A DNA stretch of 64,000 bases from Bacteroidales bacterium (GCA_021740645.1 JAIOZL010000022.1:2806-66805), one strand, 5' to 3'. Counted from the stretch's first letter, positions 27,484-37,661 are shown. A program made the numbers and translations. Notes: generated from the letters alone by a model not told the origin.

Positions 27484-29481
27484 TTAATTAATAAGCGGCC
27501 TCAATTCCTTAAGCTTAGAATTGATGAAACTTCTGGCCTGAGCTTTTTCAAGGTAAAATTTATTACTTAACTCATAGAATTTAAAGGCGTTTTCAATATC
27601 TCCCATTCCTTCGTACCATGTTGCACGCATCAAATGCAATTCCCCGTAATAATTGCTAAAATTTCGAACCAGCAGGTCATCACTTTTCGATATGCCTCCA
27701 AACATATTAAAATTAAGTTCATTGTAATTAACCGATGTAATCTCGCCAGACCTGCTTAATTTATATGCACCTAACACGGAATCCAAATAATATGAACGAA
27801 GTATCTCCTTTTGCGGAATATAGGTAAAATACACATCCTTCCCTGCCTGAAATGCCTCATCAATAAATGAGTTGATCATTCCAATGTACCTGGCTTCAAT
27901 ATTAGCTCCATTATAAGGTTTTCCATCTTCAAATGGGGCCACAGCTTTAAGAAAAGCATTCACAGCAGGTTTTGATCTTGAGGTAAGTTCGTTATAGTGA
28001 TTTATTAACATATCAATATACCAACTTCGCTTAAGCAATGGTTGATCGAGGATAGTCACATCCGTTCTTCTCCCTTCAATATTTTGTGCATACATGGTAG
28101 GAAAATAATAATAATCGATCTGAGTGAAAATTAATGCATCCTGAGATACTACTTTAAAAAGATTATCAAGATAGCGCTGAGGATAATGAAAATCACTCAT
28201 ATCCACTCTTTTATAATTCTTCTTCAGGCTGATAAATGAGAATAATAAAACGACGGCTAAAATGCTATATTTATAAGCCTCCTTTTTAACAATTTGTAAT
28301 AGGTAAAATGTTCCAATTCCCATTATTATAGATAAAAAAAGATAAGAAGGTAAATAGAATACTGTAACAAGCAAACGGTTCAGTTCATTCACAAATGTAT
28401 CCCCTCTTATTTCAAAATCAGTAAGGTAGGTTGTAACAGGAATATAGAATACGATAAACAGTATGCTGAAAATAAGTCCCTTTTTATTGAATTTATAAAG
28501 AGCAATTAAACCAGGTATTAAAAGAAAGAGAACTGCAGGAAACCATTGATCTATCAGTGTTTTTCCAAAGAAAAATCCTAAGCCGCTAAAAAACTTATCA
28601 GAAGATTGATCCAGCGAAGTATATTGATGCCGGCTTATCGTTCTTAAAAAATTTGTCAGGTTCTCAGGATTGCCCCAGTCAATAACAGGATCAGTTATAG
28701 ATGATAATGGAAGATATAGAAGTGGAAGTAGGCCGGCAATTCCAAATAGCAATGCAAAACGTAGAGTTTTTAATGAAATTAAAAACCGAAAGTCCATAAT
28801 TAACAGGATAATGAGCACTATAGGAACAAATAATACAGATGTAGAATGATTTGTAAGCGAAAGGCCTGTAAGCAGGCTTATTAAATAAAAATATTTTCGT
28901 TTTCCTGAATCATCTTTTTGTCGGGCTAGTAAGCAAAACAACACAATAAAACCAGCTACAAAAAATACGTGAAGACCATATACCTCAGTGATAACAGATT
29001 GTTCCCAATTCTCGAAAGAAAATGAAAATAAAAGAGCACTCGTAATTCCAGCCAAATAACGGAAAAAGCGAAATTTATTTCCATTTGTTGATTTCGAATC
29101 CAACTTTACCACCCAGGTATTCTCAATGAATAAAACAGTAGCTATATAAACCAGAGCACCTGCCAATGCTGAAAAGAAAGCTGACATCAGGTTTAAACGA
29201 TAAGCTATATTACCAATGGGAAGAAATGTAAACAGCTTACCCAACATGGTAAAAAGAGGATAGCCAGGTTCATGCGGAACACCCAGATGTTTGGCAGCAG
29301 TTATTAATTCTCCACTATCCTCCAATGTAATATCAGGGGCTAAAGTCAAAATGTAAATGGCAAAGCTTATAAGAAATGTAAAACTTAAGGATAAATAAAA
29401 AAACCAGTTGAGGTTATCCGGGTAAATAATCTTTTCAGATATGTCTTTTTTAGTATTTTTTTTATGCCTAAATGATGCCAT
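27484..29481 (-). CDS. DUF2723-type polytopic membrane protein (glycosyltransferase-C-like), TPR-like C-terminus
   Basis: 665 aa, more than 10 TM segments. N-terminal EDSGELITAAKHLGVPHEPGYPLF signature. Confidence 0.65.
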   Translation of the reverse strand: MASFRHKKNTKKDISEKIIYPDNLNWFFYLSLSFTFLISFAIYILTLAPDITLEDSGELITAAKHLGVPHEPGYPLFTMLGKLFTFLPIGNIAYRLNLMSAFFSALAGALVYIATVLFIENTWVVKLDSKSTNGNKFRFFRYLAGITSALLFSFSFENWEQSVITEVYGLHVFFVAGFIVLFCLLARQKDDSGKRKYFYLISLLTGLSLTNHSTSVLFVPIVLIILLIMDFRFLISLKTLRFALLFGIAGLLPLLYLPLSSITDPVIDWGNPENLTNFLRTISRHQYTSLDQSSDKFFSGLGFFFGKTLIDQWFPAVLFLLIPGLIALYKFNKKGLIFSILFIVFYIPVTTYLTDFEIRGDTFVNELNRLLVTVFYLPSYLFLSIIMGIGTFYLLQIVKKEAYKYSILAVVLLFSFISLKKNYKRVDMSDFHYPQRYLDNLFKVVSQDALIFTQIDYYYFPTMYAQNIEGRRTDVTILDQPLLKRSWYIDMLINHYNELTSRSKPAVNAFLKAVAPFEDGKPYNGANIEARYIGMINSFIDEAFQAGKDVYFTYIPQKEILRSYYLDSVLGAYKLSRSGEITSVNYNELNFNMFGGISKSDDLLVRNFSNYYGELHLMRATWYEGMGDIENAFKFYELSNKFYLEKAQARSFINSKLKELRPLIN

Positions 29482-29626
29482 TTTTTTATCTCGATTTTTA
29501 ACAAAAATAGAAATTTATTATTTGATAATTGATTGGCAATTTTCTACGCAATACAGCGTAAAAAAATACTCAATAACTAATAAATAAATAAAACAAATTC
29601 CTTCTATTTCACAAAATATTCAAATT

Positions 29627-29638
29627 TTACATTTGTAA
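29627..29638. promoter_or_regulatory. Palindromic box copy 1: TTACA-TT-TGTAA
   Basis: Lies within TTTTACATTTGTAAAC. Also contains TAcaTTTG, which is -7-box-like. Confidence 0.45.
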
Positions 29639-29702
29639 ACTTATTTGATCTTCAACTTTTCATATTCCTCTATTAATGGGGATTTAGGTGAAATTTGACA
29701 AT

Positions 29703-29714
29703 TTACATTTGTAA
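29703..29714. promoter_or_regulatory. Palindromic box copy 2: TTACA-TT-TGTAA
   Basis: Lies within ATTTACATTTGTAACT. Confidence 0.45.
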
Positions 29715-29965
29715 CTATGAAAATATAATCCAAACAACAAACAGCTAATTTATAAAATAATCATAATATGCCTCTATATTTCAATTATTTTAACTTCATT
29801 TCCTGTCTTTTACATAATCTAACTGAAGTTATAATTAAAGAGTATTAATGATATACCTGATATTTATATCTTTCTTATAAACAAGAAAGCAATCTCTTCA
29901 TAAAACATTATTTCAGAGTTATTTAATATATTATATTGCTAAATATTTCAAAACAATTAAATAAT

Positions 29966-29977
29966 TTACAATTGTAA
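29966..29977. promoter_or_regulatory. Palindromic box copy 3: TTACAATTGTAA (perfect 12-bp palindrome)
   Basis: Lies within ATTTACAATTGTAACA. Confidence 0.45.
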
Positions 29978-30012
29978 CAGCAGCTTGCATAATGAGAAGT
30001 AATCTTTTAAGT

Positions 30013-30024
30013 TTACATTTGTAT
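30013..30024. promoter_or_regulatory. Palindromic box copy 4: TTACA-TT-TGTAT, 61 nt upstream of the XRE gene ATG
   Basis: Lies within GTTTACATTTGTATAC. Its TACATTTG could be the functional -7 box of 30085..30495. Confidence 0.45.
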
Positions 30025-30084
30025 ACATATTGTTTATTATTGTACTTTTATACCTCATCTTAAATCTTATTAATTTAAATCAAA

Positions 30085-30495
30085 ATGGTGAACAGGATAA
30101 AACAAATACTGGAAAAAAAACAACTTTCACCTTCTCAGTTTGCAGATGAAATTGATGTGAAGCGATCAAACATTTCGCACATTTTATCAGGCCGTAACAA
30201 ACCAAGTATCGACCTTATTTTAAAAATCCTTACCTCCTACCCTGATATTAATTCTGATTGGTTACTTTTTGGTAAAAAAAATGTACCCGAAAATATGGGG
30301 CAATTATCAATTGAGGACAAACCTTCTGATAACTCTCAAGTGAATTTGAATCTTCAATCCACAAAAATTGCTTCACAAAATGTTAGGGCGAATAAAAAAA
30401 ATATTGAAACTAAAATTTCCTCTGGATCGGAAATTGAAAAAATCTTGGTTTTTTTTGAAGATAATACCTACCGGGAATTTGTACCTAAAAAATAA
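30085..30495 (+). CDS. XRE-family helix-turn-helix transcriptional regulator
   Basis: N-terminal HTH: LSPSQFADEIDVKRSNISHILSGRNKPSIDLILKIL. The C-terminal half is low-complexity or unique. Confidence 0.75.
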   Translation: MVNRIKQILEKKQLSPSQFADEIDVKRSNISHILSGRNKPSIDLILKILTSYPDINSDWLLFGKKNVPENMGQLSIEDKPSDNSQVNLNLQSTKIASQNVRANKKNIETKISSGSEIEKILVFFEDNTYREFVPKK

Positions 30496-30498
30496 AAA

Positions 30499-30531
30499 AG
30501 CAGTTTAACCCCATTAAAGTGATAAACTGCT
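30499..30531. terminator. Bidirectional hairpin between the convergent XRE gene and ndk
   Basis: AGCAGTTTA / TAAACTGCT 9-bp stem, flanked by an A-run and a T-run. Confidence 0.6.
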
Positions 30532-30557
30532 TTAAATAAACTTCAAGTATGTATTGC

Positions 30558-30977
30558 TTAGTACCTTTCTGTTTTAGCAAAAAAGAAATCCGCTTCGATA
30601 TTTGCATTTTCAATGCTGTCAGATCCATGAACGGCATTCATTCCCAGGTCGGTGCCATATAGTGCACGGATAGTTCCGGGTTTAGCTTCTGCAGGATTGG
30701 TAGCTCCAATGTGATCACGGTAAGCCTGCACAGCGTTCTCCTTTTCAAGTATAGCAGCAACAATAGGCCCGGAAGACATAAACGCTGTTAAATCTCTAAA
30801 AAATGGCCTTTCTTTATGCACTTCATAGAACTTTTGAGCCTGTTCAAGTGAAAGTTTAGTATATTTCATGGCGACAATCCTAAATCCTCCTTCAGCAATT
30901 TTTGCTAAAATTGGCCCGATATATCCCTTTTTTACCGCCATGGGCTTAATCATGGTAAGTGTAATATTATCTGTCAT
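30558..30977 (-). CDS. ndk: Nucleoside diphosphate kinase
   Basis: 139 aa. TLTMIKP start and active-site NAVHGSDS. Confidence 0.92.
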   Translation of the reverse strand: MTDNITLTMIKPMAVKKGYIGPILAKIAEGGFRIVAMKYTKLSLEQAQKFYEVHKERPFFRDLTAFMSSGPIVAAILEKENAVQAYRDHIGATNPAEAKPGTIRALYGTDLGMNAVHGSDSIENANIEADFFFAKTERY

Positions 30978-31060
30978 TTTATTTTACAATTTAGTTTATC
31001 GGGCAAAATTAAAGATATTTTATAATTTTGTATTCACATATTTACTAATCTTTTCTTCTC

Positions 31061-32074
31061 TTGATAAAACTTGACTTTTCTCTGATTCGGGAAAAAATTA
31101 CTCCCGGGAAATCAATCTTACTTACATCACACAATAACCCTGATGGAGATGCAGTTGGCTCTGTGCTAGCCCTATATCACTTTTTTTACCAGGCCGGCTA
31201 TGAAGTATACGCACTTGTTCCTAATCCCTACCCTGAATTTTTGCATTGGATGCCGGGTCATGAAAATATTCTGATCTATGAAGATAAACAAGCTTATGCA
31301 AATCAATTGTTTATAAGCAGCGAGATCATATTTTCTCTGGATTATAATACACCTGAACGCATGGGAGAGGCCGGAAAATACCTTAGAAAATCAAAAGCTT
31401 TAAAAATATTAATCGACCATCATATCGATCCTGAAGTGGATTTTTATGATCATTGCTTTTCAAATGTAAATATCAGTTCTACAAGTGAATTGGCATATTT
31501 ATTTATGGATTCGATTAATCCTGAGCTGATCAGTAAAGATGTGGCAGAATGTATCTTTGCGGGCATACTAACAGATACAGGCTCCTTCAGTTACAATTGC
31601 AATTTTCAACAAACATTCAACATTTCGGGTGCGTTAATAGCTAAAGGAATAGATGCGGCCAGGATCAATCGCCTGATTTATGCCACACATACAGAGAGCA
31701 GGCTGCGTTTATTGGGTTATTCGTTAAGTAAAAAACTTAAAGTCTATAAGGAGTTCAACACCGCCATCATTTGCCTCACAAGGGCAGAGTTAGAAAAATT
31801 CAATCATCAGATTGGCGATACTGAAGGACTTGTTAACTATGCCCTAAGCATTAAAGGTATCCGGTTTGCTGCTTTGTTTACTGAACGAGAGGAAAAAATA
31901 AGAATATCCTTCCGGTCGGTCGGGAATTTTTCTGTGAATGATTTTGCCAGGGCTCATTTCGAAGGTGGTGGGCATAAAAATGCAGCCGGGGGCGATTCCT
32001 ATATTTCTATGGAACAAACAATAAAAAAGTTTGAACTTCTGTTATCAGAAAACAAACATGTGCTAACAGACTAA
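31061..32074 (+). CDS. nrnA: DHH-family phosphoesterase (NrnA-like oligoribonuclease/pAp phosphatase)
   Basis: DGDAVGS, LIDHH (DHH motif), and GGGHKNAAGG (DHHA1). The track start is a TTG, so the exact start is uncertain. Confidence 0.8.
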   Translation: MIKLDFSLIREKITPGKSILLTSHNNPDGDAVGSVLALYHFFYQAGYEVYALVPNPYPEFLHWMPGHENILIYEDKQAYANQLFISSEIIFSLDYNTPERMGEAGKYLRKSKALKILIDHHIDPEVDFYDHCFSNVNISSTSELAYLFMDSINPELISKDVAECIFAGILTDTGSFSYNCNFQQTFNISGALIAKGIDAARINRLIYATHTESRLRLLGYSLSKKLKVYKEFNTAIICLTRAELEKFNHQIGDTEGLVNYALSIKGIRFAALFTEREEKIRISFRSVGNFSVNDFARAHFEGGGHKNAAGGDSYISMEQTIKKFELLLSENKHVLTD

Positions 32075-32076
32075 CT

Positions 32077-32610
32077 ATGCCTTGGCTTTACTATAGTATA
32101 AACATCGTTCTATTCGGGGGCCTATTATTCTTGATATCCTGTCAAGGCCCTCCCGAATTAAATGATAAAAGAGAAGTGGAAAATCCTAAAAACACATTGA
32201 TTGAGGTTAACAAAAACCTGGTCAAATCTGAAGATCAGCGCATTGAGGACTTTATTTCCCGTTACCATTGGCAGATGAAAAAAACAGGGACAGGGTTAAG
32301 ATACATGATTTACAAACAAGGGGATGGTGAAGAAGCAGAAATAGGACGTATTGTGCGGTTTGAATATACAGTAAGTCTGCTATCAGGAGAGGACTGTTAT
32401 ACTTCAGATGATTTGGGACCCAAAGAGTTTTTAATAGGCAAGGGAGGAGTTGAAAGTGGATTGGAAGAAGCAATTTTATTGCTAAAAAAAGGCGACCGAG
32501 CAAAATTTATTTTACCTTCGCACCTTGCTTTCGGATTGCCCGGCGATGGCAATAAAATACCAAGCAAGGCAGCCATTGTATACGATGTGAATTTACTTGA
32601 AGTCTTATAA
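32077..32610 (+). CDS. FKBP-type peptidyl-prolyl cis-trans isomerase (probable lipoprotein)
   Basis: LISCQ lipobox-like signal. FKBP C-terminal domain (YTVSLLSG..., AFG.PG). Confidence 0.8.
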   Translation: MPWLYYSINIVLFGGLLFLISCQGPPELNDKREVENPKNTLIEVNKNLVKSEDQRIEDFISRYHWQMKKTGTGLRYMIYKQGDGEEAEIGRIVRFEYTVSLLSGEDCYTSDDLGPKEFLIGKGGVESGLEEAILLLKKGDRAKFILPSHLAFGLPGDGNKIPSKAAIVYDVNLLEVL

Positions 32611-32615
32611 AAAAA

Positions 32616-33323
32616 ATGAAAAAAATGAAAATTGGAAAACTTTTATCAGGATCATTATTAATAATAGCAGTGATAATCCTGAGTTCTTGCGGGCAACAAA
32701 CCGGAACTAAAAAAGATGTTGCAATGAATACCGAATTAGATAGTGTAAGTTATGCCATAGGAATCGACATAGCAACAAACTTACAAAAAAGTGGTTTTGA
32801 TAATATCAATGTGGATGCTCTGGCCAAAGGCTTCTCAGATATTTTCGACGAAGTTGAAGGCGCAATGGATCCTAAAGATGCGAATACCTACGTTATGACT
32901 TATTTTAACAAAGAACGTGAACGTAAAGCAAGTGAGAACCTAAGACAAGCCAACGAATTTCTTGAGGAAAACAAAACAAAAGAAGGTGTGATAACAACTG
33001 AAAGCGGCTTGCAATACAAAATCATTACTGAAGGTTCAGGACCAATACCTGGTGAAACCGACCAGGTTAAAGTGTATTACAAAGGCACATTAATTGACGG
33101 ACGCGAATTTGATGCAACCACCCCTGATACTCCCGCTCAGTTCAGAGTGAATGGAGTAATTAAAGGCTGGGTGGAAGCGTTGCAAATAATGCCTGTAGGA
33201 TCAAAGTGGGAACTTTATGTGCATCCTGATCTGGCTTATGGTGCAAATCCACGCCAGGGAGGTATAATTGAAGCCAACCATGCCTTAATTTTTGAAATTG
33301 AACTACTTGAAATTGTAAAATAA
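32616..33323 (+). CDS. FKBP-type peptidyl-prolyl isomerase, Mip/FklB-like (lipoprotein)
   Basis: LSSCG lipobox, N-terminal dimerisation helix, and FKBP domain (YKGTLIDGREFD ... VIKGW ... AYG). Confidence 0.85.
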   Translation: MKKMKIGKLLSGSLLIIAVIILSSCGQQTGTKKDVAMNTELDSVSYAIGIDIATNLQKSGFDNINVDALAKGFSDIFDEVEGAMDPKDANTYVMTYFNKERERKASENLRQANEFLEENKTKEGVITTESGLQYKIITEGSGPIPGETDQVKVYYKGTLIDGREFDATTPDTPAQFRVNGVIKGWVEALQIMPVGSKWELYVHPDLAYGANPRQGGIIEANHALIFEIELLEIVK

Positions 33324-33336
33324 AAACCCACTGTCC

Positions 33337-34527
33337 ATGAACTTACATGAATACCAGGGAAAAGCCTTGCTTAAAAAGTTTGGTGTGGCCGTGCCGGAAG
33401 GTGTTATCGCATTTTCACCTGATGAAGCATTCGAAGCTGCTAAAAAAATCAATAAGTTAACAGGTTCTGAAATTTGGGCAGTGAAAGCTCAGATTCATGC
33501 TGGAGGACGAGGTAAAGGTGGTGGAATTAAAATTGCAAAATCAATTGACGAAGTGATGACCTTTTCAGATGCAATACTGCATATGAACCTGGTTACGCCC
33601 CAAACAAGCAGTGAAGGAAAACCTGTAAGGAAAGTTCTCATTGAGCAAAACATCTATTATGATGGCCCCGCAGAAACACTGGAGTATTATATGTCGATTT
33701 TGCTGAACAGGGCCAGCGGCAGAAATATGATCATGTATTCTCCCCGAGGAGGTATGGATATAGAAAAAGTCGCCGAAGAAACTCCTGAAGAAATCTTTAC
33801 CGAGGAAATAGATCCTAAAGTGGGCCTACTGGGATTTCAGGCCAGGAGAATAGCCTTTAACTTTGGCCTTAGTGGGAAAGCTTTTACAGAAATGGTAAAA
33901 TTCGTCACTTCTTTGTATAAGGCGTATATAGGAGTGGATGCTACCCTTTTTGAAATTAATCCGGTGATTAAAGCTGCCGATGACAAAGTCTTTGCAGCTG
34001 ATGCTAAAGTTGTAATTGATAACAATGCGCTTTTCAGGCATCCTGACATCCTTGAACTTAGAGATTTTACAGAAGAAGATCCAATTGAAGTGGAAGCAAG
34101 CCGATATAACCTGAGTTACGTTAAACTAACTGGGAATGTGGGTTGTATGGTGAATGGTGCAGGATTAGCAATGGCCACTATGGACATTATCAAACAATCA
34201 GGTGGGGCCCCTGCTAATTTTCTTGATGTAGGGGGTGCTGCTGATTCTAAACGGGTAGAAGAGGCTTTCAGAATTATTTTAAAAGATCCTAATGTTAGTG
34301 CTATCCTTGTTAACATTTTTGGTGGCATCGTCCGATGTGATAGTGTAGCTCAGGGTGTAGTGGATGCCTATAAAAGAATAGGAGAAATAAAAATTCCTAT
34401 CATCGTCCGCTTACAAGGAACCAATGCGAAAGAAGGAAAACAGATAATTGATGAATCCGGATTAGAAGTGCATTCCGCTATTGCCCTTGCAGAAGCCGCT
34501 GAAAAAGTTAAAGAGGTACTCTCTTAA
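33337..34527 (+). CDS. sucC: Succinyl-CoA synthetase (ADP-forming) beta subunit
   Basis: MNLHEYQGKALLKKFGV start, ATP-grasp domain, GCMVNGAGLAMATMD. No sucD adjacent. Confidence 0.92.
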   Translation: MNLHEYQGKALLKKFGVAVPEGVIAFSPDEAFEAAKKINKLTGSEIWAVKAQIHAGGRGKGGGIKIAKSIDEVMTFSDAILHMNLVTPQTSSEGKPVRKVLIEQNIYYDGPAETLEYYMSILLNRASGRNMIMYSPRGGMDIEKVAEETPEEIFTEEIDPKVGLLGFQARRIAFNFGLSGKAFTEMVKFVTSLYKAYIGVDATLFEINPVIKAADDKVFAADAKVVIDNNALFRHPDILELRDFTEEDPIEVEASRYNLSYVKLTGNVGCMVNGAGLAMATMDIIKQSGGAPANFLDVGGAADSKRVEEAFRIILKDPNVSAILVNIFGGIVRCDSVAQGVVDAYKRIGEIKIPIIVRLQGTNAKEGKQIIDESGLEVHSAIALAEAAEKVKEVLS

Positions 34528-34546
34528 TAAAAATAATAAAATTGAT

Positions 34547-34584
34547 AAAAAGCTGTTCAGGAATAATCCCGGACAGCTTTTTTA
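34547..34584 (+). terminator. Rho-independent terminator after sucC
   Basis: AGCTGTTC / GGACAGCT stem followed by TTTTTT. Confidence 0.65.
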
Positions 34585-34632
34585 CTTTGAATAGTTAAAA
34601 GTTTAATAGTAAAATCAATTTCTCATGCAAAG

Positions 34633-35508
34633 CTAGGGGACAATTACATTCAGCGATAAAGGATTTACCTTCACAATTATTTCTTTTGCCATTTTCACAG
34701 CCTCCCCATCCACATTTACCCATCTCCTTTTTTTGCTTTTTATTTTTAAACAGGCTGTTTTCCTGGCTGTAATATATTTCGAATTTTCAATTTTTCGCCA
34801 GTAAAGCAAACTGGCCAGGTAGGGAAGCTCAAATATCTGCGGTTTATTGGCAATGACAATATCCAGTAAACCATCATCAATTTTAGCATCTGGTGCAATG
34901 GAGGTATTAAATCCAAACTGATCGGAATTAGCAAAGCTTATAAATAGTGCCCTTGTATCAATCACCTCATCATTCAATTCGAGGGTATACCTTTTAGGCT
35001 TATAACCAGGATATTCTTCTGCAACAATTTTTAAATATGAAACAAAACCGCGCAATTTACTCTGTTTGAACTTTTTTGCCACCAATCCGTCAAATCCAAT
35101 CCCCGCAATACTTAAAAACAGATGGCCATTGATTTTCCCTGTATCAATTTTAATGGATTTTCCGGTATGGATCACATCAAGGGCATTTTTATGGTTTGTA
35201 GGAATATTAAGGTGATGAGCAAGTCCATTCCCTGAACCCGCTGGCAGAATACCAAGCACGACATCCGATCCAACCATACCCCGTGCAACCTCATTTACCG
35301 ATCCATCTCCTCCCACCGCAACAATGATACTGGCATCCTCTTTTACCCATTTTTTAGATAATTCAGTAGCATGGCCGGGGCCCTGAGTAAATTCAAAATA
35401 AGGTTCAAATAAAGAAATATCCAGCCTGGATTTGATAAATTCAACGATGTTTTCTTTTTTAAATACTCCTGAAGCTGGATTTATTATGAATATTATTTTT
35501 TTCACCAT
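34633..35508 (-). CDS. Diacylglycerol/lipid kinase family protein (YegS/BmrU-like)
   Basis: GGDGSVNEV and GILPAGSGNG motifs. 291 aa. Confidence 0.8.
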   Translation of the reverse strand: MVKKIIFIINPASGVFKKENIVEFIKSRLDISLFEPYFEFTQGPGHATELSKKWVKEDASIIVAVGGDGSVNEVARGMVGSDVVLGILPAGSGNGLAHHLNIPTNHKNALDVIHTGKSIKIDTGKINGHLFLSIAGIGFDGLVAKKFKQSKLRGFVSYLKIVAEEYPGYKPKRYTLELNDEVIDTRALFISFANSDQFGFNTSIAPDAKIDDGLLDIVIANKPQIFELPYLASLLYWRKIENSKYITARKTACLKIKSKKRRWVNVDGEAVKMAKEIIVKVNPLSLNVIVP

Positions 35509-35513
35509 GCTAT

Positions 35514-37448
35514 CTAGTCTGAAACCAATTTATTATTTATCAATCGGTGGTAAAATTGCTGAATAACCGCTTTTGTCATTATTTCATATTCTTGCACAAG
35601 TATTGGTTCCTTTTCCAGTAAATTGTTTTTCAGAATGCTGTCCATTTTATAATTGTACAAAGCCAGACTCTTTTCCCCATCAAATTGATACACATAGTCT
35701 TCTTTAATGGTTTGAAAAATACCGGCATGGTATGAGATCGCATACCTTTTACGATTGGTATCATAAATACTATTACCAAAAGATATCGTTTTCCCCTGAT
35801 ATCCGATATAATCAAGTATACTTGGGAATATATCAGTTTGTTGTACTACCCTGTTACCAATGCCAATATGATCCATATCCTTTTTATAAAATGCTATAGG
35901 AATAGAATATTTTCCGACGGCCCTCCGGTAAAATGGATGATACCCTCTGAATGTATGGTCTGCTGTGATAATAAATAAAGTATTATCAAACCAGGTTTGC
36001 TTTGATGCGTTTGCAAAAAACCGCTTCAATGCATAATCAGTATATCCAATGCTTTCGCTTATCTCTGATGGACCTTTGGCGAATTTATCTTTGTATTGCT
36101 CAGGAATGGTAAAGGGATGATGAGATGACAGGGTATAAAGTGTAGCAAAAAAAGGCTTTTTGATTTGATTTAGTTTCTGAACCGCATATTGGAGGAATGG
36201 CTCATCGAAAATTCCCCAATTGCCGTCGAAATCATTATCATTTCCATATTCTTCTCTGCCAAAATAATCATCAAAACCTGCAATTTTACAATAGGAGTCA
36301 AAACCCATGGTTCCATTTGTACCCCCGTGAAAAAAAGCAGAATAATATCCCAATCCTTTTAAAACTTCAGGAATCGAATTTATCTTATTGGTGGCATACG
36401 GAGAGATAAGAAAGGGCCGATCCATCATAGAAGGTATCCCGGATATTGTAGCCGGGATTCCATCCATAGAGGTTACACCATTGGCAAAGCCCCGAAACAC
36501 CAAACTCTTTTTAAATAATGAATCCAGAAAAGGAGTAAATCCTATATAATTACCATTCTCAAGAGAAGAATTCAAGTAGCCAACATGTTCGGTGGTTAAG
36601 CTTTCCACAATGATTAACACAATATTTGACCGATTAATTGCATCATTCTCACGACTATAAATGAGGACAGGAGAATATACACTCTCTAAATCTTCCAGAC
36701 TTTTAAAATAGTTCTTTTCCTCAATTTCCGCCCTGTCCAAGCTTTTTAAAATGGTGAAAGGCGTATTCAGGATTATTGGAAAGAACTTGGGTTGGGTATA
36801 ATCACCTGCATTTATAAAATCAATGGGTTTTCGTTGAAATCCTCCCCTTATGGAAAGGACTATTAAAACCAAACCGACTATCAATTTTACAGCATCATTT
36901 CTATAGCTTGAAAGCAGGTAAGGTCTTTTGCTAACTGCAAGGGCATTAACTTTATTAACGGCAAAGATTAATAACAATATGGATAGAATCCAGGTACCAA
37001 AGGACACCCAATAATCGGCAATAAAATCAGGCAAAAGCGCATTTATTTCTGTTTTATTTTCCCGAATAAAATCAAATATTCCGAATGTCATCCTTTTCTG
37101 AGTAAACCGGATGTAGATCACGTCCACATAGTTTACCATCATCGCCAAGGAATTCAATCCAATAAACAAAAAATCATTTATCCGTCGATAAATCCTTTTA
37201 TGCTTGACAGGTAAGGGTAAAAAGCTAAGTACAATAAACGGGGCATTCACAATCATGAATGAAAATAAATCGAACTTGAAACCAGCAAATGTCAAATAAA
37301 AAAAATGGCCTGCACCAAGGTCTTCAAACATCGGCCTGTTGAAAAAGTAAATGGAGATCCTGGAAAATACAAACAAAATAAAGACTGCCAGTATCTTAAG
37401 CAGAACTGCTATACTAGGATTGATTTTTATCTTACTCGAGCAAGTCAT
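35514..37448 (-). CDS. LTA-synthase/phosphoglycerol-transferase-like sulfatase-superfamily membrane enzyme
   Basis: Five N-terminal TM segments plus an extracytoplasmic alkaline-phosphatase-superfamily domain (IVESLT, SSHHPF, ITADH). Confidence 0.75.
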   Translation of the reverse strand: MTCSSKIKINPSIAVLLKILAVFILFVFSRISIYFFNRPMFEDLGAGHFFYLTFAGFKFDLFSFMIVNAPFIVLSFLPLPVKHKRIYRRINDFLFIGLNSLAMMVNYVDVIYIRFTQKRMTFGIFDFIRENKTEINALLPDFIADYWVSFGTWILSILLLIFAVNKVNALAVSKRPYLLSSYRNDAVKLIVGLVLIVLSIRGGFQRKPIDFINAGDYTQPKFFPIILNTPFTILKSLDRAEIEEKNYFKSLEDLESVYSPVLIYSRENDAINRSNIVLIIVESLTTEHVGYLNSSLENGNYIGFTPFLDSLFKKSLVFRGFANGVTSMDGIPATISGIPSMMDRPFLISPYATNKINSIPEVLKGLGYYSAFFHGGTNGTMGFDSYCKIAGFDDYFGREEYGNDNDFDGNWGIFDEPFLQYAVQKLNQIKKPFFATLYTLSSHHPFTIPEQYKDKFAKGPSEISESIGYTDYALKRFFANASKQTWFDNTLFIITADHTFRGYHPFYRRAVGKYSIPIAFYKKDMDHIGIGNRVVQQTDIFPSILDYIGYQGKTISFGNSIYDTNRKRYAISYHAGIFQTIKEDYVYQFDGEKSLALYNYKMDSILKNNLLEKEPILVQEYEIMTKAVIQQFYHRLINNKLVSD

Positions 37449-37653
37449 CCAATAACAAGGATATATTTAATAGATTATTTTATTTGGCAAAGCTAACCAT
37501 TTCAGCTTTTTAACCGAAAACTTGTTTAAAATCAATAAAAATTAAACCCACACCTTGCAAGCACCTCATAAATTACTGATTTAAAGCCGTTTATTTATAC
37601 ATTGGAAAATGATAAATATTTAGGAATTTTCTTGCCTCGATAAGCATTTGTGC

Positions 37654-37661
37654 TAAATTTG
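37654..37661 (+). promoter_or_regulatory. Candidate -7 box (TAAATTTG) for the citrate lyase operon
   Basis: Matches TAnnTTTG, 32 nt upstream of the ATG at 37693. Confidence 0.35.
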
